Numbered from the stretch's first letter, positions 18,710-27,638 are shown. The stretch: DNA of 35,243 nucleotides from a virus (IMGVR_UViG_3300023293_000046:1-35243); one strand, 5' to 3'. Translations and numbers: made by a program. The notes: generated by a model from the letters alone, not told the origin.

Positions 18710-19050
18710 CACAGACTGCTTTGCTCGTTGCTTTATTTTCGTTTCTCTTTGCCGCGTTCCGAGAACTTTCCGAACACTCCACCGAGGGTAAGTTTACAAA
18801 CTGGCCTGATTGGTGGAACGCCTCCGAGAGTTGGACGAATAAACATAGCTGGGGGCCTGATTGGTTGCCTCGTTGGGTGTTTGGTTCTGCTTTAGTTTGG
18901 TTAACAGATGCGGAACACTTCTTCCAATTACTAAGCACGTTTAGCATATTGGCAATGATCTTTATATTAGGCGGTTGGGAGTTGGCTTTAGTTGCCTACC
19001 TTGCACAAGCCCTTGCGGGTTTGCTTAAATCCTTTACCAATATCAGATGA
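18706..19050 (+). CDS. Membrane protein
   Basis: Several hydrophobic segments; W-rich; LTDAEHFFQ. Confidence 0.7.
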   Translation: MTQTALLVALFSFLFAAFRELSEHSTEGKFTNWPDWWNASESWTNKHSWGPDWLPRWVFGSALVWLTDAEHFFQLLSTFSILAMIFILGGWELALVAYLAQALAGLLKSFTNIR

Positions 19051-19463
19051 AATTAACAAACAACTTTAGCCTACACGAGTTCTTAGACTCTCGCTTTTTT
19101 AACAAGGTAGAACAGAAACGAGTTTACGATAGCTACGAGGTAAATAAGTTCCAATTAGAACCGAACTTAATTGTATTGGTCGATAACCTACAAGTGCTTA
19201 GAGATCATTTAAACGCTCGTATATCTATAAACATTAGCTACCGCCCTAAGTGGTACGAACTAAGCAGAGGGCGCAGCGGGAACAGCCAGCACGTAGAATT
19301 AAAAGCCGCTGATATTGTGGTTGATGGTTGGGAGGCTCAAGACGTTGCCAAGGAAATAGAGCAGCTTATAGAAGAAGGTAAGATGATCGAGGGCGGCGTA
19401 GGCTATTATCATTCATTCACTCACGTAGATGTAAGAGGGATTAAAGCACGTTGGAACGGATGA
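19047..19463 (+). CDS. Endolysin, peptidase M15A family
   Basis: LTNNFSLHEF, SYR, SQHVELKAADI, GVGYYHSFTHVDVRG zinc-peptidase motifs. Confidence 0.92.
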   Translation: MKLTNNFSLHEFLDSRFFNKVEQKRVYDSYEVNKFQLEPNLIVLVDNLQVLRDHLNARISINISYRPKWYELSRGRSGNSQHVELKAADIVVDGWEAQDVAKEIEQLIEEGKMIEGGVGYYHSFTHVDVRGIKARWNG

Positions 19464-19636
19464 AAGAGCATATTGATACAATAAAGCTTTGGTTGTTGAA
19501 TGTAGCTGGCGGACTATTAACGCTAACCGAGGCGCTAGGAACAATTGCTAGTGCAATCGGAGCAATAGCGGCAGCGGTTTACACAATCTACAAGCTGGTG
19601 ATATTGCACAGAGACAACAAAAAGAAAACAAAATGA
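19460..19636 (+). CDS. Putative holin
   Basis: 58 aa; hydrophobic helices and a basic C-terminus; ATGA overlap with the endolysin. Confidence 0.6.
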   Translation: MKEHIDTIKLWLLNVAGGLLTLTEALGTIASAIGAIAAAVYTIYKLVILHRDNKKKTK

Positions 19637-19995
19637 ATTGGATTAGCTGGCTAGTTGGGAAAAGTGATAAGGGTATAGTCGATCAGGTTGCTGATGGGAT
19701 AGATAAATTTGTTTATAGCGGTGAAGAAAAGGCAGAGAATCAAGCGAAATGGGAAAGCGAAGTAACAAAGAGATGGCAAGCGGATAGCGAAGCACCTATT
19801 ACAAGGCTAACAAGGCCCTTCTTAGTTATATTCACAACGATAGTTATATTTGTGTTCGGTGCTTTAGATGCAAGCTTAGAGGGTTTCTCTATAAGTCAAC
19901 AATATTTAGACCTCTTCACGATTACTTGGACTGTAATGATTACGGCTTATTTTGGTGGTCGGTCATTTGAAAAGGGAATTGTAAAAAAAAAATAG
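19633..19995 (+). CDS. Holin, 3TM (GTA holin-like) family
   Basis: RWQADS...TRP...TM...AYFGGRSFEK signature. Confidence 0.8.
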   Translation: MNWISWLVGKSDKGIVDQVADGIDKFVYSGEEKAENQAKWESEVTKRWQADSEAPITRLTRPFLVIFTTIVIFVFGALDASLEGFSISQQYLDLFTITWTVMITAYFGGRSFEKGIVKKK

Positions 19996-20062
19996 TATAT
20001 TAGCCATTCAACACCGGGATTATTTAGTAGTGTTTTTCATAGTGCATGTTTAATTTGGTTGG

Positions 20063-20090
20063 AAGCCTCGGAGAAGTTCGGGGCTTTTTT
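20063..20090 (+). terminator. Rho-independent terminator ending the late region
   Basis: AAGCCTCGGA / TTCGGGGCTT stem with G:U pairs, then a T run. Confidence 0.85.
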
Positions 20091-20101
20091 GTGTTGTTAT
20101 G

Positions 20102-20123
20102 TAAAATAATAGTATTACATTGC
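20102..20123 (+). promoter_or_regulatory. Early promoter with palindromic operator (20-bp copy shared with 23882-23901)
   Basis: TAAAATAATAGTATTACATT is identical at both sites; it contains the palindrome TAATAgTATTA and overlaps the -7 element. Confidence 0.7.
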
Positions 20124-20142
20124 ACCTATCAAATAACACACT

Positions 20143-20355
20143 ATGACATTCACAGAAAAAGCAAAAGCGTTTAACCACATTGTAATAGCTTGGCAATCCG
20201 ACACCGAAAAGGTTAGGGTAGCATTCCAAGAGCAAATTAGAATCTGCCAGCAGCTACCGGTAGAACATCCTCAACTAGAACTTGCCACGGATCAACTCCA
20301 CGAGTACAGTCACCTATTGAAGTTCAAATTAAACAACCCACCTAAATACAAGTAA
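20143..20355 (+). CDS. Hypothetical protein
   Basis: 70 aa; first gene after the promoter. Confidence 0.65.
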   Translation: MTFTEKAKAFNHIVIAWQSDTEKVRVAFQEQIRICQQLPVEHPQLELATDQLHEYSHLLKFKLNNPPKYK

Positions 20356-20357
20356 AC

Positions 20358-21137
20358 ATGAGTACTACTGAATTAACACGAATTGAGAATTTACAAAAAG
20401 TATCCAATCAAATTAATGAAGCTTATTCGCCTGAGCAAATTGGAGTAATACAAAAGAGCGTTGCTAAAGATACCACCTTTGCGGAGTTAGCTTACTTCTT
20501 AAACGTATGTAAGACAATGGAGCTAAACCCTTTTAATAAAGAGGTGTGGTGTTATAAGGATAATAGAGGTAATCTTTTAATCTTTTCGGGCCGTGATGGT
20601 TTTCTGTCCAAGGCACAAAAGAACCCGCTATTTAATGGGATGCGTTCCGCTGCTGTTTGTGCGAATGATGATTTTAAAATGAACATTGCAACGGGTGAGA
20701 TTAGCCACTTTCCAAACTTCAAAGAAGATAGAGGCGCTATTATCGGAGCGTATGCAATAGCGTTCAGAAAGGGAGGAGAGGCTACTATAGAGTGGGCAGA
20801 GTTCGCGCGATACAATAAAGGTTATAACGCTTGGAAGAGTCACCCAGAGGAGATGATTAAGAAAGTAGCTGAGTCACATTCATTAAAGAAAGCATTTGGC
20901 ATTTCAGGTGTGCAGTCAGAATATGAGTATGACGTAAAAAACAACATAGCTGCTCCTATTGGTGCGACTGCTAAGGTTGATAAATTACAAGTCTTACAAG
21001 ACCTACTTGATGAGAAAGCAATGGATATAACTCAAGAGGATTATGCAGCTATTAAATTAGTAATAGACGGCAAAGAGGAATCAAGCTATGACAAGGCAAT
21101 AAAAGTATTAACCGAATTACAAACTAATAATGATTAG
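20358..21137 (+). CDS. bet: RecT/Bet-family single-strand annealing protein
   Basis: LNPFNKEVW, GRDGF, IIGAYA, WKSHPEEMIKKVAESHSLKKAF. Confidence 0.9.
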   Translation: MSTTELTRIENLQKVSNQINEAYSPEQIGVIQKSVAKDTTFAELAYFLNVCKTMELNPFNKEVWCYKDNRGNLLIFSGRDGFLSKAQKNPLFNGMRSAAVCANDDFKMNIATGEISHFPNFKEDRGAIIGAYAIAFRKGGEATIEWAEFARYNKGYNAWKSHPEEMIKKVAESHSLKKAFGISGVQSEYEYDVKNNIAAPIGATAKVDKLQVLQDLLDEKAMDITQEDYAAIKLVIDGKEESSYDKAIKVLTELQTNND

Positions 21138-21984
21138 CAGAGTAGCCAACTTTAGCAGTTCAAGCGCGCACCGATTAATAGGCGCGGGAAAGCGACCAAT
21201 GACAGCGGACGAACTAGCGGCACGACCTAAGAAGGGGGTCGGTAGTGCGGTTAAGCAAATCGAAGACAGCACAATGTTAGGAGCAACTACCATTAGCTAC
21301 ATAAAGGAGAAGGTACGCGAGGAGAAGCTAACACGATCACTACAGGCCGACAGCAACGCCCGCCCTTTAATTTGGGGTAAGGTTATGGAGCGGTATGTTT
21401 TCGAGCGGAAACTAGATACAAGTTATCGAGATGGCAACCAACAAGGCAGAGTTGAGCATACAACTGTAGACCGTTGGAACGGCATACCGGATACTTTAAG
21501 AGTAACGGTAGACAATAACATAGTCGGGGATATTAAATGCCCATTCAGCTTAACTTCTTATTGCGATACAATAGAAGCAATTGAGGCGGGGCTAGATGTT
21601 TACAAACTAGAGAAGAGTGAAAACTACTGGCAGTTAATTAGTAACGCTTGTTTACTTGAGGGTAAGTTAGAGATTCCATTCAATCAAGGCGAGAGTATTA
21701 TTTACGTTCCTTATGCTAGTGAGCTGCCAGATATTAGAGACTGGATTAGTCAAGACTTTACACCTGAGAACGAAGGATTAACACCTTTCCAATGCGAGTG
21801 GATTTATAATCAAATAGTGGGTCTGATTACTAGCGGCCAAGAGCCTAGCTTTCCTTACCTACCTGATGCATCAAGTTATAAAGATTTAACATCTTGGACC
21901 TTTGACATCCCGCAATCAGACAAAGACCTACTAACCGCGCGGGTAAAAATGGCGGTTCAAGAACTTAACAAACAATTAAAGTAA
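21130..21984 (+). CDS. YqaJ/lambda-exonuclease-like protein
   Basis: FSSS, WGKVME, GIPD, DIKCP, YWQL; adjacent to the recombinase. Confidence 0.8.
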   Translation: MISRVANFSSSSAHRLIGAGKRPMTADELAARPKKGVGSAVKQIEDSTMLGATTISYIKEKVREEKLTRSLQADSNARPLIWGKVMERYVFERKLDTSYRDGNQQGRVEHTTVDRWNGIPDTLRVTVDNNIVGDIKCPFSLTSYCDTIEAIEAGLDVYKLEKSENYWQLISNACLLEGKLEIPFNQGESIIYVPYASELPDIRDWISQDFTPENEGLTPFQCEWIYNQIVGLITSGQEPSFPYLPDASSYKDLTSWTFDIPQSDKDLLTARVKMAVQELNKQLK

Positions 21985-22190
21985 TGCAACAATCAATTAA
22001 ACAATGGTTTGAAACCATAGAAGACCCAGAGATTAGAGCCAACGCTATAAGAAACACAAGCGCAAGCCGACTAAAATCACAATGCACTTGCTTAGATAAT
22101 AGTTTACGCCTGGCATTTGTTTGGGAGGTGTCACCGCAAAAGGGTAAATACTGGAGGGATTATATGAACACTTTAACAACAAAAAAATGA
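21984..22190 (+). CDS. Hypothetical protein
   Basis: 68 aa, coupled; AFVWEVSPQKGKYW. Confidence 0.7.
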   Translation: MQQSIKQWFETIEDPEIRANAIRNTSASRLKSQCTCLDNSLRLAFVWEVSPQKGKYWRDYMNTLTTKK

Positions 22191-22483
22191 ATAACACAAT
22201 ACTAGACCACGTTCTAAGCGTGGTTTGCAAATCGTACAAGGTAACGCGCGATGACATGACCGCCAAGCAAGACGCGGGAAGAGGTGGGAACGATGACGTA
22301 ACCCTAGCCCGTGGCGCTTATATGTTCATTAGTTCTGAAATTGGTATATCGGGCGTAGCGGCTTCTAGGTATCTTTTTCTTAATAAAGGGAACGCCAGTA
22401 CCTACCGGACTAAGTTTATTCAGACCGAGAGCGAGATTAAAAAGCAAAGATTAAGATTAGCTATTAACCGAAAATTAAAGTAA
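22187..22483 (+). CDS. DnaA C-terminal-like HTH protein
   Basis: ILDHVLSVVCKSYKVTRDDM...LARGAYMF resembles DnaA domain IV. Confidence 0.5.
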   Translation: MNNTILDHVLSVVCKSYKVTRDDMTAKQDAGRGGNDDVTLARGAYMFISSEIGISGVAASRYLFLNKGNASTYRTKFIQTESEIKKQRLRLAINRKLK

Positions 22484-22761
22484 TGAGTAAATTATATCTT
22501 ATACAAGATTGGGGAGTAAACATTGAATGTATTGAACCCATAAAGCAAACTGATAAAAGCTATTGGGTTGAGTTTCAGTTAGCGGATGGATGTCCTATTG
22601 AAATTCAGCAATATAGAAAAACTACTAATTACGATCAAGCTTTTGACTCTAAAGAAGAAGCAAAGCAAGCAATAATAAATAGATGCACATTATCTATTAG
22701 TATATTAGAGAGGGAACTAAAACTCGCAAAAATAAATTTACAACTTACAAAAGATATTTAG
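22483..22761 (+). CDS. Hypothetical protein
   Basis: 92 aa, coupled. Confidence 0.65.
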   Translation: MSKLYLIQDWGVNIECIEPIKQTDKSYWVEFQLADGCPIEIQQYRKTTNYDQAFDSKEEAKQAIINRCTLSISILERELKLAKINLQLTKDI

Positions 22762-22764
22762 ACG

Positions 22765-22992
22765 ATGAAAAGTAGAACCAAAACCGCGACAATGATAACG
22801 ACTTACACCCTGCTATCATTCCTAGCCGCCTACCTAATCGCTGACGAGAGCGGGGTAGTTAACCCATTAGTGAACTCCTTTATTATTTACGGGGTTTGGT
22901 TAGTGGTGGGAATATTGGCTGGAGCAGGGGCGGTTATATTGTCCTTATTGATTACACCTATTAGAGAACTAAAAAAACAGATAAAAGAATGA
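22765..22992 (+). CDS. Two-TM membrane protein
   Basis: Two hydrophobic segments. Confidence 0.65.
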   Translation: MKSRTKTATMITTYTLLSFLAAYLIADESGVVNPLVNSFIIYGVWLVVGILAGAGAVILSLLITPIRELKKQIKE

Positions 22993-23327
22993 GTGAAATT
23001 ACAGGAAGATTAGCAGTCAAAGGAGAAACTAAGTCTTTCGGGGCTAATGGTTTTACTAAGCGCGAGTTTGTTATTGAAACAGATTCCCAATATCCGCAAT
23101 TAATACAAATAGAATTAATCAAGGATAAGTGCAGTTTAATAGATTCTATTAAGATCGGGGACGAATTAACAGTATCTTATAACTTGAACGGCAGAAGTTG
23201 GACTAACCCACAAGGCGAAATTAAGTATTTTAACTCCGTGCAAGGCTGGCGAATTGATAAAGCGAACCAAGCACCACCCGCACCAAGTCAAGCGGGTTTT
23301 GTCGATAATGAAGAGGATCCATTTTGA
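22989..23327 (+). CDS. DUF3127-family ssDNA-binding protein
   Basis: FTKREFVIET..QYPQ, NLNGRSW, YFNSVQGWRI and acidic tail EEDPF; family typical of Bacteroidota. Confidence 0.9.
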   Translation: MSEITGRLAVKGETKSFGANGFTKREFVIETDSQYPQLIQIELIKDKCSLIDSIKIGDELTVSYNLNGRSWTNPQGEIKYFNSVQGWRIDKANQAPPAPSQAGFVDNEEDPF

Positions 23328-23866
23328 TAGTAAAGCTTAAAAAATGCAGAGAGTGCGGAGGGGAGTTTAAACCCTTCCGCTCTACTCAAGTGGTCTGCAG
23401 TACTTCGTGCGCGGTTAAACAAGGGGCAGCGGTAGCGAAAAAGAAAGAGGCAACCGCCTGGAAAGTGAAAAGAACTAAGCTTAAACAAGGTCTAAAAACT
23501 AGAACCCAAAAGATAAACGAGGTGAGGGTAGTCTTCCAGCGATGGATTAGACACCGAGACAAAGACCAGCCTTGTATATCTTGCGACACCTTAGCCGCTA
23601 CAAAGTGGGACGCGGGGCATTATCTCAAGGCAGAACTTTACACAGGTCTTATTTTCACCGAAGTCAATTGTCATAAACAATGCCAGCGCTGCAACCAATA
23701 CGGGGGGGGCATGCAAGCGGAGTATAGAATAGGCTTGGTTAAACGAATAGGATTGCAAGTAGTATTAGAACTAGAAAGCATTAAAGACGGGCTTAGAGTC
23801 TACCAATGGAGCGACACGGAACTAAGCGAGATTAAAAAGAAGTACAGCGATAAATTAAAAGAGTAA
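23324..23866 (+). CDS. ninG: NinG/Rap-family recombination endonuclease
   Basis: CRECG, WIRHRD...PCISC, WDAGHY, NCHKQCQRCN. Confidence 0.92.
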   Translation: MIVKLKKCRECGGEFKPFRSTQVVCSTSCAVKQGAAVAKKKEATAWKVKRTKLKQGLKTRTQKINEVRVVFQRWIRHRDKDQPCISCDTLAATKWDAGHYLKAELYTGLIFTEVNCHKQCQRCNQYGGGMQAEYRIGLVKRIGLQVVLELESIKDGLRVYQWSDTELSEIKKKYSDKLKE

Positions 23867-23881
23867 TATTATTGCTTTATC

Positions 23882-23903
23882 TAAAATAATAGTATTACAT
23901 TTG
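23882..23903 (+). promoter_or_regulatory. Promoter with palindromic operator, -7 TACATTTG
   Basis: Second copy of the 20-bp element; consensus TAnnTTTG at 23896-23903. Confidence 0.75.
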
Positions 23904-23923
23904 ACAAACTTAAAACATACAAC

Positions 23924-26107
23924 ATGAATGAATACCAACAATTTCTAGAAACTAAAAAAAAGACTTTTCTAGAAAGCGGTTTTGAAGTAGACCAAAGTAC
24001 TTTAAATTCTAATCTATTTGACTTTCAAAATCACATAGTATCTATTGCTTTAAGAAAAGGCAGATTTGCAGTCTTCGCTGATTGTGGTCTAGGTAAGACA
24101 CTAATGCAATTAGCATGGGCCGAGGCTGTTTATAATGAAACAAGTATCAAGGTATTAGTATTAGCCCCGTTAGCGGTAGTAGAACAAACCAAAGAAGAGG
24201 CTATTAAGTTTGGGGTAAATACAGATGCATTTGATATTACTAATTACGATCAGTTAAAAAATGTAGACTGTAGTATTTATAGCGGAGTTGTATTAGATGA
24301 AAGCTCAATATTAAAAGGTCGGGATGGTAAATTATCTAGGCTTATTATTGAAAGCTTTAAATTAACTCCTTACAAATTAGCTTGTACTGCTACACCTTCG
24401 CCTAATGACCATATGGAACTAGGGCAGCATAGCGAGTTTCTAGGCGCGATGACTTATTTAGAAATGCTGGCTATGTACTTCGTTCATGACGGAGGCGAAA
24501 CATCTAAATGGAGATTAAGAAAACACGCTAAAGACCCATTCTGGACTTATGTATGCACTTGGTCTATTGCCGTTGCTGAGCCTTCAACTTTAGGATTTGA
24601 TTCTAGCGGTTATAATTTACCTGAGATCGAATACATTGAGCATATTATTCCAGTAGAAAACAATACAGAGTCTTTATTTGGTGACGTAGCGGTAAGTGCT
24701 ACCGAACTACATAGAGATTTAAAGAGGTCTTTTGATCTTCGTATTAATAAAACTAAAGAAATTATTAGCGGCATCAATGGGCAGTGCATAGTGTGGACGT
24801 TAAAAAATGACGAGGCTACTATTTTATGCAAGGAATTAGACGATAGTGTTAACGTGCAAGGATCGGATAAGCCAGAGTTTAAAGCGAAGAACTTAAATGG
24901 ATTTGCAAAAAAAGAATTTAGTAATCTGATTACTAAAACAAGTATTGCCAGTTTTGGAATGAACTATCAGCAATGCAGTAATATGATATTTACTTCTTAC
25001 GACTTTAAGTTTGAGGCGTTTTATCAAGCAGTTAGAAGGTGTTATAGATTTGGTCAGAAGAACAAAGTAACCGTTCATCTATTAGTACCAGAGAGTCAAG
25101 TTAACGTAAGGGCTACAATTTTAGAAAAGCAAAAAAGACACAAAGAAATGATAGATGAAATGTCTAAATACTCAAGCGAAGCTGATTATAAAAGCAGTAA
25201 GTCAAAAGTTACAATAAGCCATAAGGAAGTAAAGACAGATGAATACCACGTTATTAATGGGGACTGCGTTAAAGAGTCTAAAAAAATAGACGACAATGCT
25301 GCTGATCTAATAGTATTTTCGCCTCCTTTTGCAGAGCTTTATGTTTACTCTGATAAAGAAGAAGACATGGGCAACGTTGCTAACTATAAGCAATTTGAGC
25401 ATCATTTTAAATTTCTGATTCCAGAACTTAAACGAGTATTAAAACCAGGTAGAATATGTGCTATTCATTGCATGGACTTACCAATACAAAAAGGCAAAGA
25501 AGGATATATTGGACTTAGGGACTTTAGCGGTATGATTACTAAATGGTTTCAAGATCAAGGTTTTATTTATCATTCTAGGGTTACAATATGGAAAAACCCA
25601 GTAACTGAAATGCAAAGAACTAAAGCATTAGGATTACTCCATAAGACTATTAAGAAAGATAGCGCAATGACTAGGGTGGGTATTCCTGATTATATTCTTT
25701 ACTTTAGAAATGAAGGAGATAATTTAATACCAATTACCCATCAAGATAAAGACGATAGCAAAGCGGATTATCTACCTGTGGACTTGTGGCAAAAATACGC
25801 TTCACCTGTATGGATGGATATTGATTATGGTAGAACTCTACAATACAGATCGGGTAGAGATGGAAATGACGAGAAGCATATTTGCCCTTTACAACTAGAC
25901 ACCATCGAGAGAATTATCCATTTGTATTCAAATGAAGGAGAAACCATATTTAGCCCATTTGGCGGTATAGGATCAGAGGGGTTTAAAGCAATACAGATGA
26001 ATAGAAAATCTATTAGCATTGAGCTTAAAGAGTCATACTTTGCTTTAAACGCAAAAAACCATAGAGACATTGTAAACGAAAAGAAAAGTACCCTAAAATT
26101 ATTTTAA
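23924..26107 (+). CDS. SNF2-like helicase fused to a beta-class N4-C/N6-A DNA methyltransferase
   Basis: Helicase: CGLGKT, LDESS, TATP, QAVRRCYRFGQ. Methyltransferase: SPPF before FSPFGGIGS. Confidence 0.9.
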   Translation: MNEYQQFLETKKKTFLESGFEVDQSTLNSNLFDFQNHIVSIALRKGRFAVFADCGLGKTLMQLAWAEAVYNETSIKVLVLAPLAVVEQTKEEAIKFGVNTDAFDITNYDQLKNVDCSIYSGVVLDESSILKGRDGKLSRLIIESFKLTPYKLACTATPSPNDHMELGQHSEFLGAMTYLEMLAMYFVHDGGETSKWRLRKHAKDPFWTYVCTWSIAVAEPSTLGFDSSGYNLPEIEYIEHIIPVENNTESLFGDVAVSATELHRDLKRSFDLRINKTKEIISGINGQCIVWTLKNDEATILCKELDDSVNVQGSDKPEFKAKNLNGFAKKEFSNLITKTSIASFGMNYQQCSNMIFTSYDFKFEAFYQAVRRCYRFGQKNKVTVHLLVPESQVNVRATILEKQKRHKEMIDEMSKYSSEADYKSSKSKVTISHKEVKTDEYHVINGDCVKESKKIDDNAADLIVFSPPFAELYVYSDKEEDMGNVANYKQFEHHFKFLIPELKRVLKPGRICAIHCMDLPIQKGKEGYIGLRDFSGMITKWFQDQGFIYHSRVTIWKNPVTEMQRTKALGLLHKTIKKDSAMTRVGIPDYILYFRNEGDNLIPITHQDKDDSKADYLPVDLWQKYASPVWMDIDYGRTLQYRSGRDGNDEKHICPLQLDTIERIIHLYSNEGETIFSPFGGIGSEGFKAIQMNRKSISIELKESYFALNAKNHRDIVNEKKSTLKLF

Positions 26108-26358
26108 TGAGCAGATTACACGATATCTTAACCATCCTAGCAAACCCCGACTTAACAAAGTTGCAGCGCCTATTATTAGCCTACCTAAACGCGCAGCAAG
26201 AGGACGAGATTATTACCAACTACACAATCATAGGCGAGGACATTGTAGTAACAGAGCAGACAGCAGAGCGCACGATCCGGGAGTTAGTACGGGCTGGCTA
26301 TATGCAGAAAAAAACCCTCTCCAAAGTCGGAGTATTATTAAGTAATTTTAGATCGTAA
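26107..26358 (+). CDS. Winged-HTH protein, paralog 1
   Basis: NPDLTKLQRLLLAYLN...TAERTIRELVRAGYM. Confidence 0.7.
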   Translation: MSRLHDILTILANPDLTKLQRLLLAYLNAQQEDEIITNYTIIGEDIVVTEQTAERTIRELVRAGYMQKKTLSKVGVLLSNFRS

Positions 26359-26361
26359 ACT

Positions 26362-26634
26362 ATGACACCAGAAAAAGAAAAAACCGACTACCAGACTATT
26401 ATCCAAAACCAAAGCCTCACACCTATACAACGCTTAATACTGATATACCTAAACACTTTAGAGGCTGATTTTATCGAGGGGCGGTTAACGGATATATCGG
26501 AGTTGTTAGGTATCGGACGAACTACCACCGCGCAAGAAACTATTAAACTACATGCGATGGGTTACTTGCAGCGTGAGAATATGGGGCGGCCAGGGGATAG
26601 ATACGGGATTAGGTTAAGCGATTTTAGGCCGTAA
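26362..26634 (+). CDS. Winged-HTH protein, paralog 2
   Basis: NQSLTPIQRLILIYLN...ISELLGIGRTT...LHAMGYL. Confidence 0.75.
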   Translation: MTPEKEKTDYQTIIQNQSLTPIQRLILIYLNTLEADFIEGRLTDISELLGIGRTTTAQETIKLHAMGYLQRENMGRPGDRYGIRLSDFRP

Positions 26635-26688
26635 CGTGATGGCTATGGTTAGTCATTTGAGGTACGAAAATGGAATATAAACCTTGTT
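26633..26688. other. attC-like hairpin site E1
   Basis: AAC gtgat GGCTAT...cattt/aaatg...ATAAAC ctt GTT; the weakest stem of the set. Confidence 0.65.
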
Positions 26689-26729
26689 AGCGTTTGTTTT
26701 TGAGCGTTGGCAGTAAAAATTAGAATATA

Positions 26730-26972
26730 ATGGCAATAGAAATTAAATACTACAGTGTAGTTGAAAACGGAGAAACAAAGCATTTAAAGACTAAAGTGTC
26801 TTCAACCGTAATTGATTTTATGGTACAAGAATATAAAAAGTTCCATTCATCATTAAAAAACAAAAATGATTACTCGTTTCAGAAATATTTAATAATGCAC
26901 GGGATAGAGTGTATTTATGATGGAACTTTTGGTTATGTAAATATAGATCAAGCGTTGGCAAATGAACGCTAA
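26730..26972 (+). CDS. Cassette gene, hypothetical (80 aa)
   Basis: Arms gttagcgtttgttt (26686-26699) and aaatgaacgctaac (26960-26973). Confidence 0.75.
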   Translation: MAIEIKYYSVVENGETKHLKTKVSSTVIDFMVQEYKKFHSSLKNKNDYSFQKYLIMHGIECIYDGTFGYVNIDQALANER

Positions 26973-27022
26973 CGATGGGAATATGGTTAGTGGATTTTTA
27001 GCCATTAAATATATTACGTGTT
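26971..27022. other. attC-like hairpin site E2
   Basis: AAC gatgg gaATATGGTTAGTGG atttttag CCATTAAATATATta cgt GTT. Confidence 0.8.
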
Positions 27023-27060
27023 GTACATAGTGCGGAATTAATAATAAAAACTTAAATAAA

Positions 27061-27369
27061 ATGAAACAAGAAAAAATAGATTACGACAAGATTATGGCTT
27101 TGGGCTTTAGTGTAGAAATTGCTTCTGATAGTTGTTATGAGGCTGAACACGGATATGCTTATTGCATAATTACAAAGAACCTAACAAAGAAGATTTACTT
27201 GGACTGGCAAAAAGATACTAAACTTTGTAAAATGGTAAGAATAGATAGCCCAAAGACAGGTAATGTAAAAGCAGAAACCCAAATAATGAACCTAGAGCAA
27301 ATTAAAACTCTAATAGATTTTTTCTCCAACGAGAAAAGAACTGAACCTAATTATTATGGACTAGCCTAG
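27061..27369 (+). CDS. Cassette gene, hypothetical (102 aa)
   Basis: Arms gttgtacatagtgc (27020-27033) and gcattgtgtacaat (27369-27382). Confidence 0.8.
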   Translation: MKQEKIDYDKIMALGFSVEIASDSCYEAEHGYAYCIITKNLTKKIYLDWQKDTKLCKMVRIDSPKTGNVKAETQIMNLEQIKTLIDFFSNEKRTEPNYYGLA

Positions 27370-27379
27370 CATTGTGTAC

Positions 27380-27466
27380 AATGACTAGGCTATGAATTGA
27401 AGCCATTAATACAAAGTTTAATTCACAACAATAACCTTGACAGGGCTTTTATTTATAGGCTTTGTT
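27380..27466. other. attC-like hairpin site E3 (AAT variant)
   Basis: AAT gacta ggCTATGAATTGAAGCC...GGCTTTTATTTATAGgc ttt GTT. Confidence 0.8.
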
Positions 27467-27482
27467 AGCAACTTTTAAAATT

Positions 27483-27638
27483 ATGGTAAAGAGAATATTA
27501 AACACACTTGGATTTATCGCATACACTATTATTATTTTAACACCCTTATTTTTTCCTTATATGATAATAAGAGGTTGGACTAAAACAGAAGATGAGTTAT
27601 TGAAACCTATGTTTTATTTTATAGACGGAATGGAATAA
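27483..27638 (+). CDS. Cassette gene, small membrane protein (51 aa)
   Basis: [51 protein letters not shown]; arms gttagcaac..aaaatta and taatttt..gttgctaac. Not in the ORF track. Confidence 0.75.
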   Translation: MVKRILNTLGFIAYTIIILTPLFFPYMIIRGWTKTEDELLKPMFYFIDGME

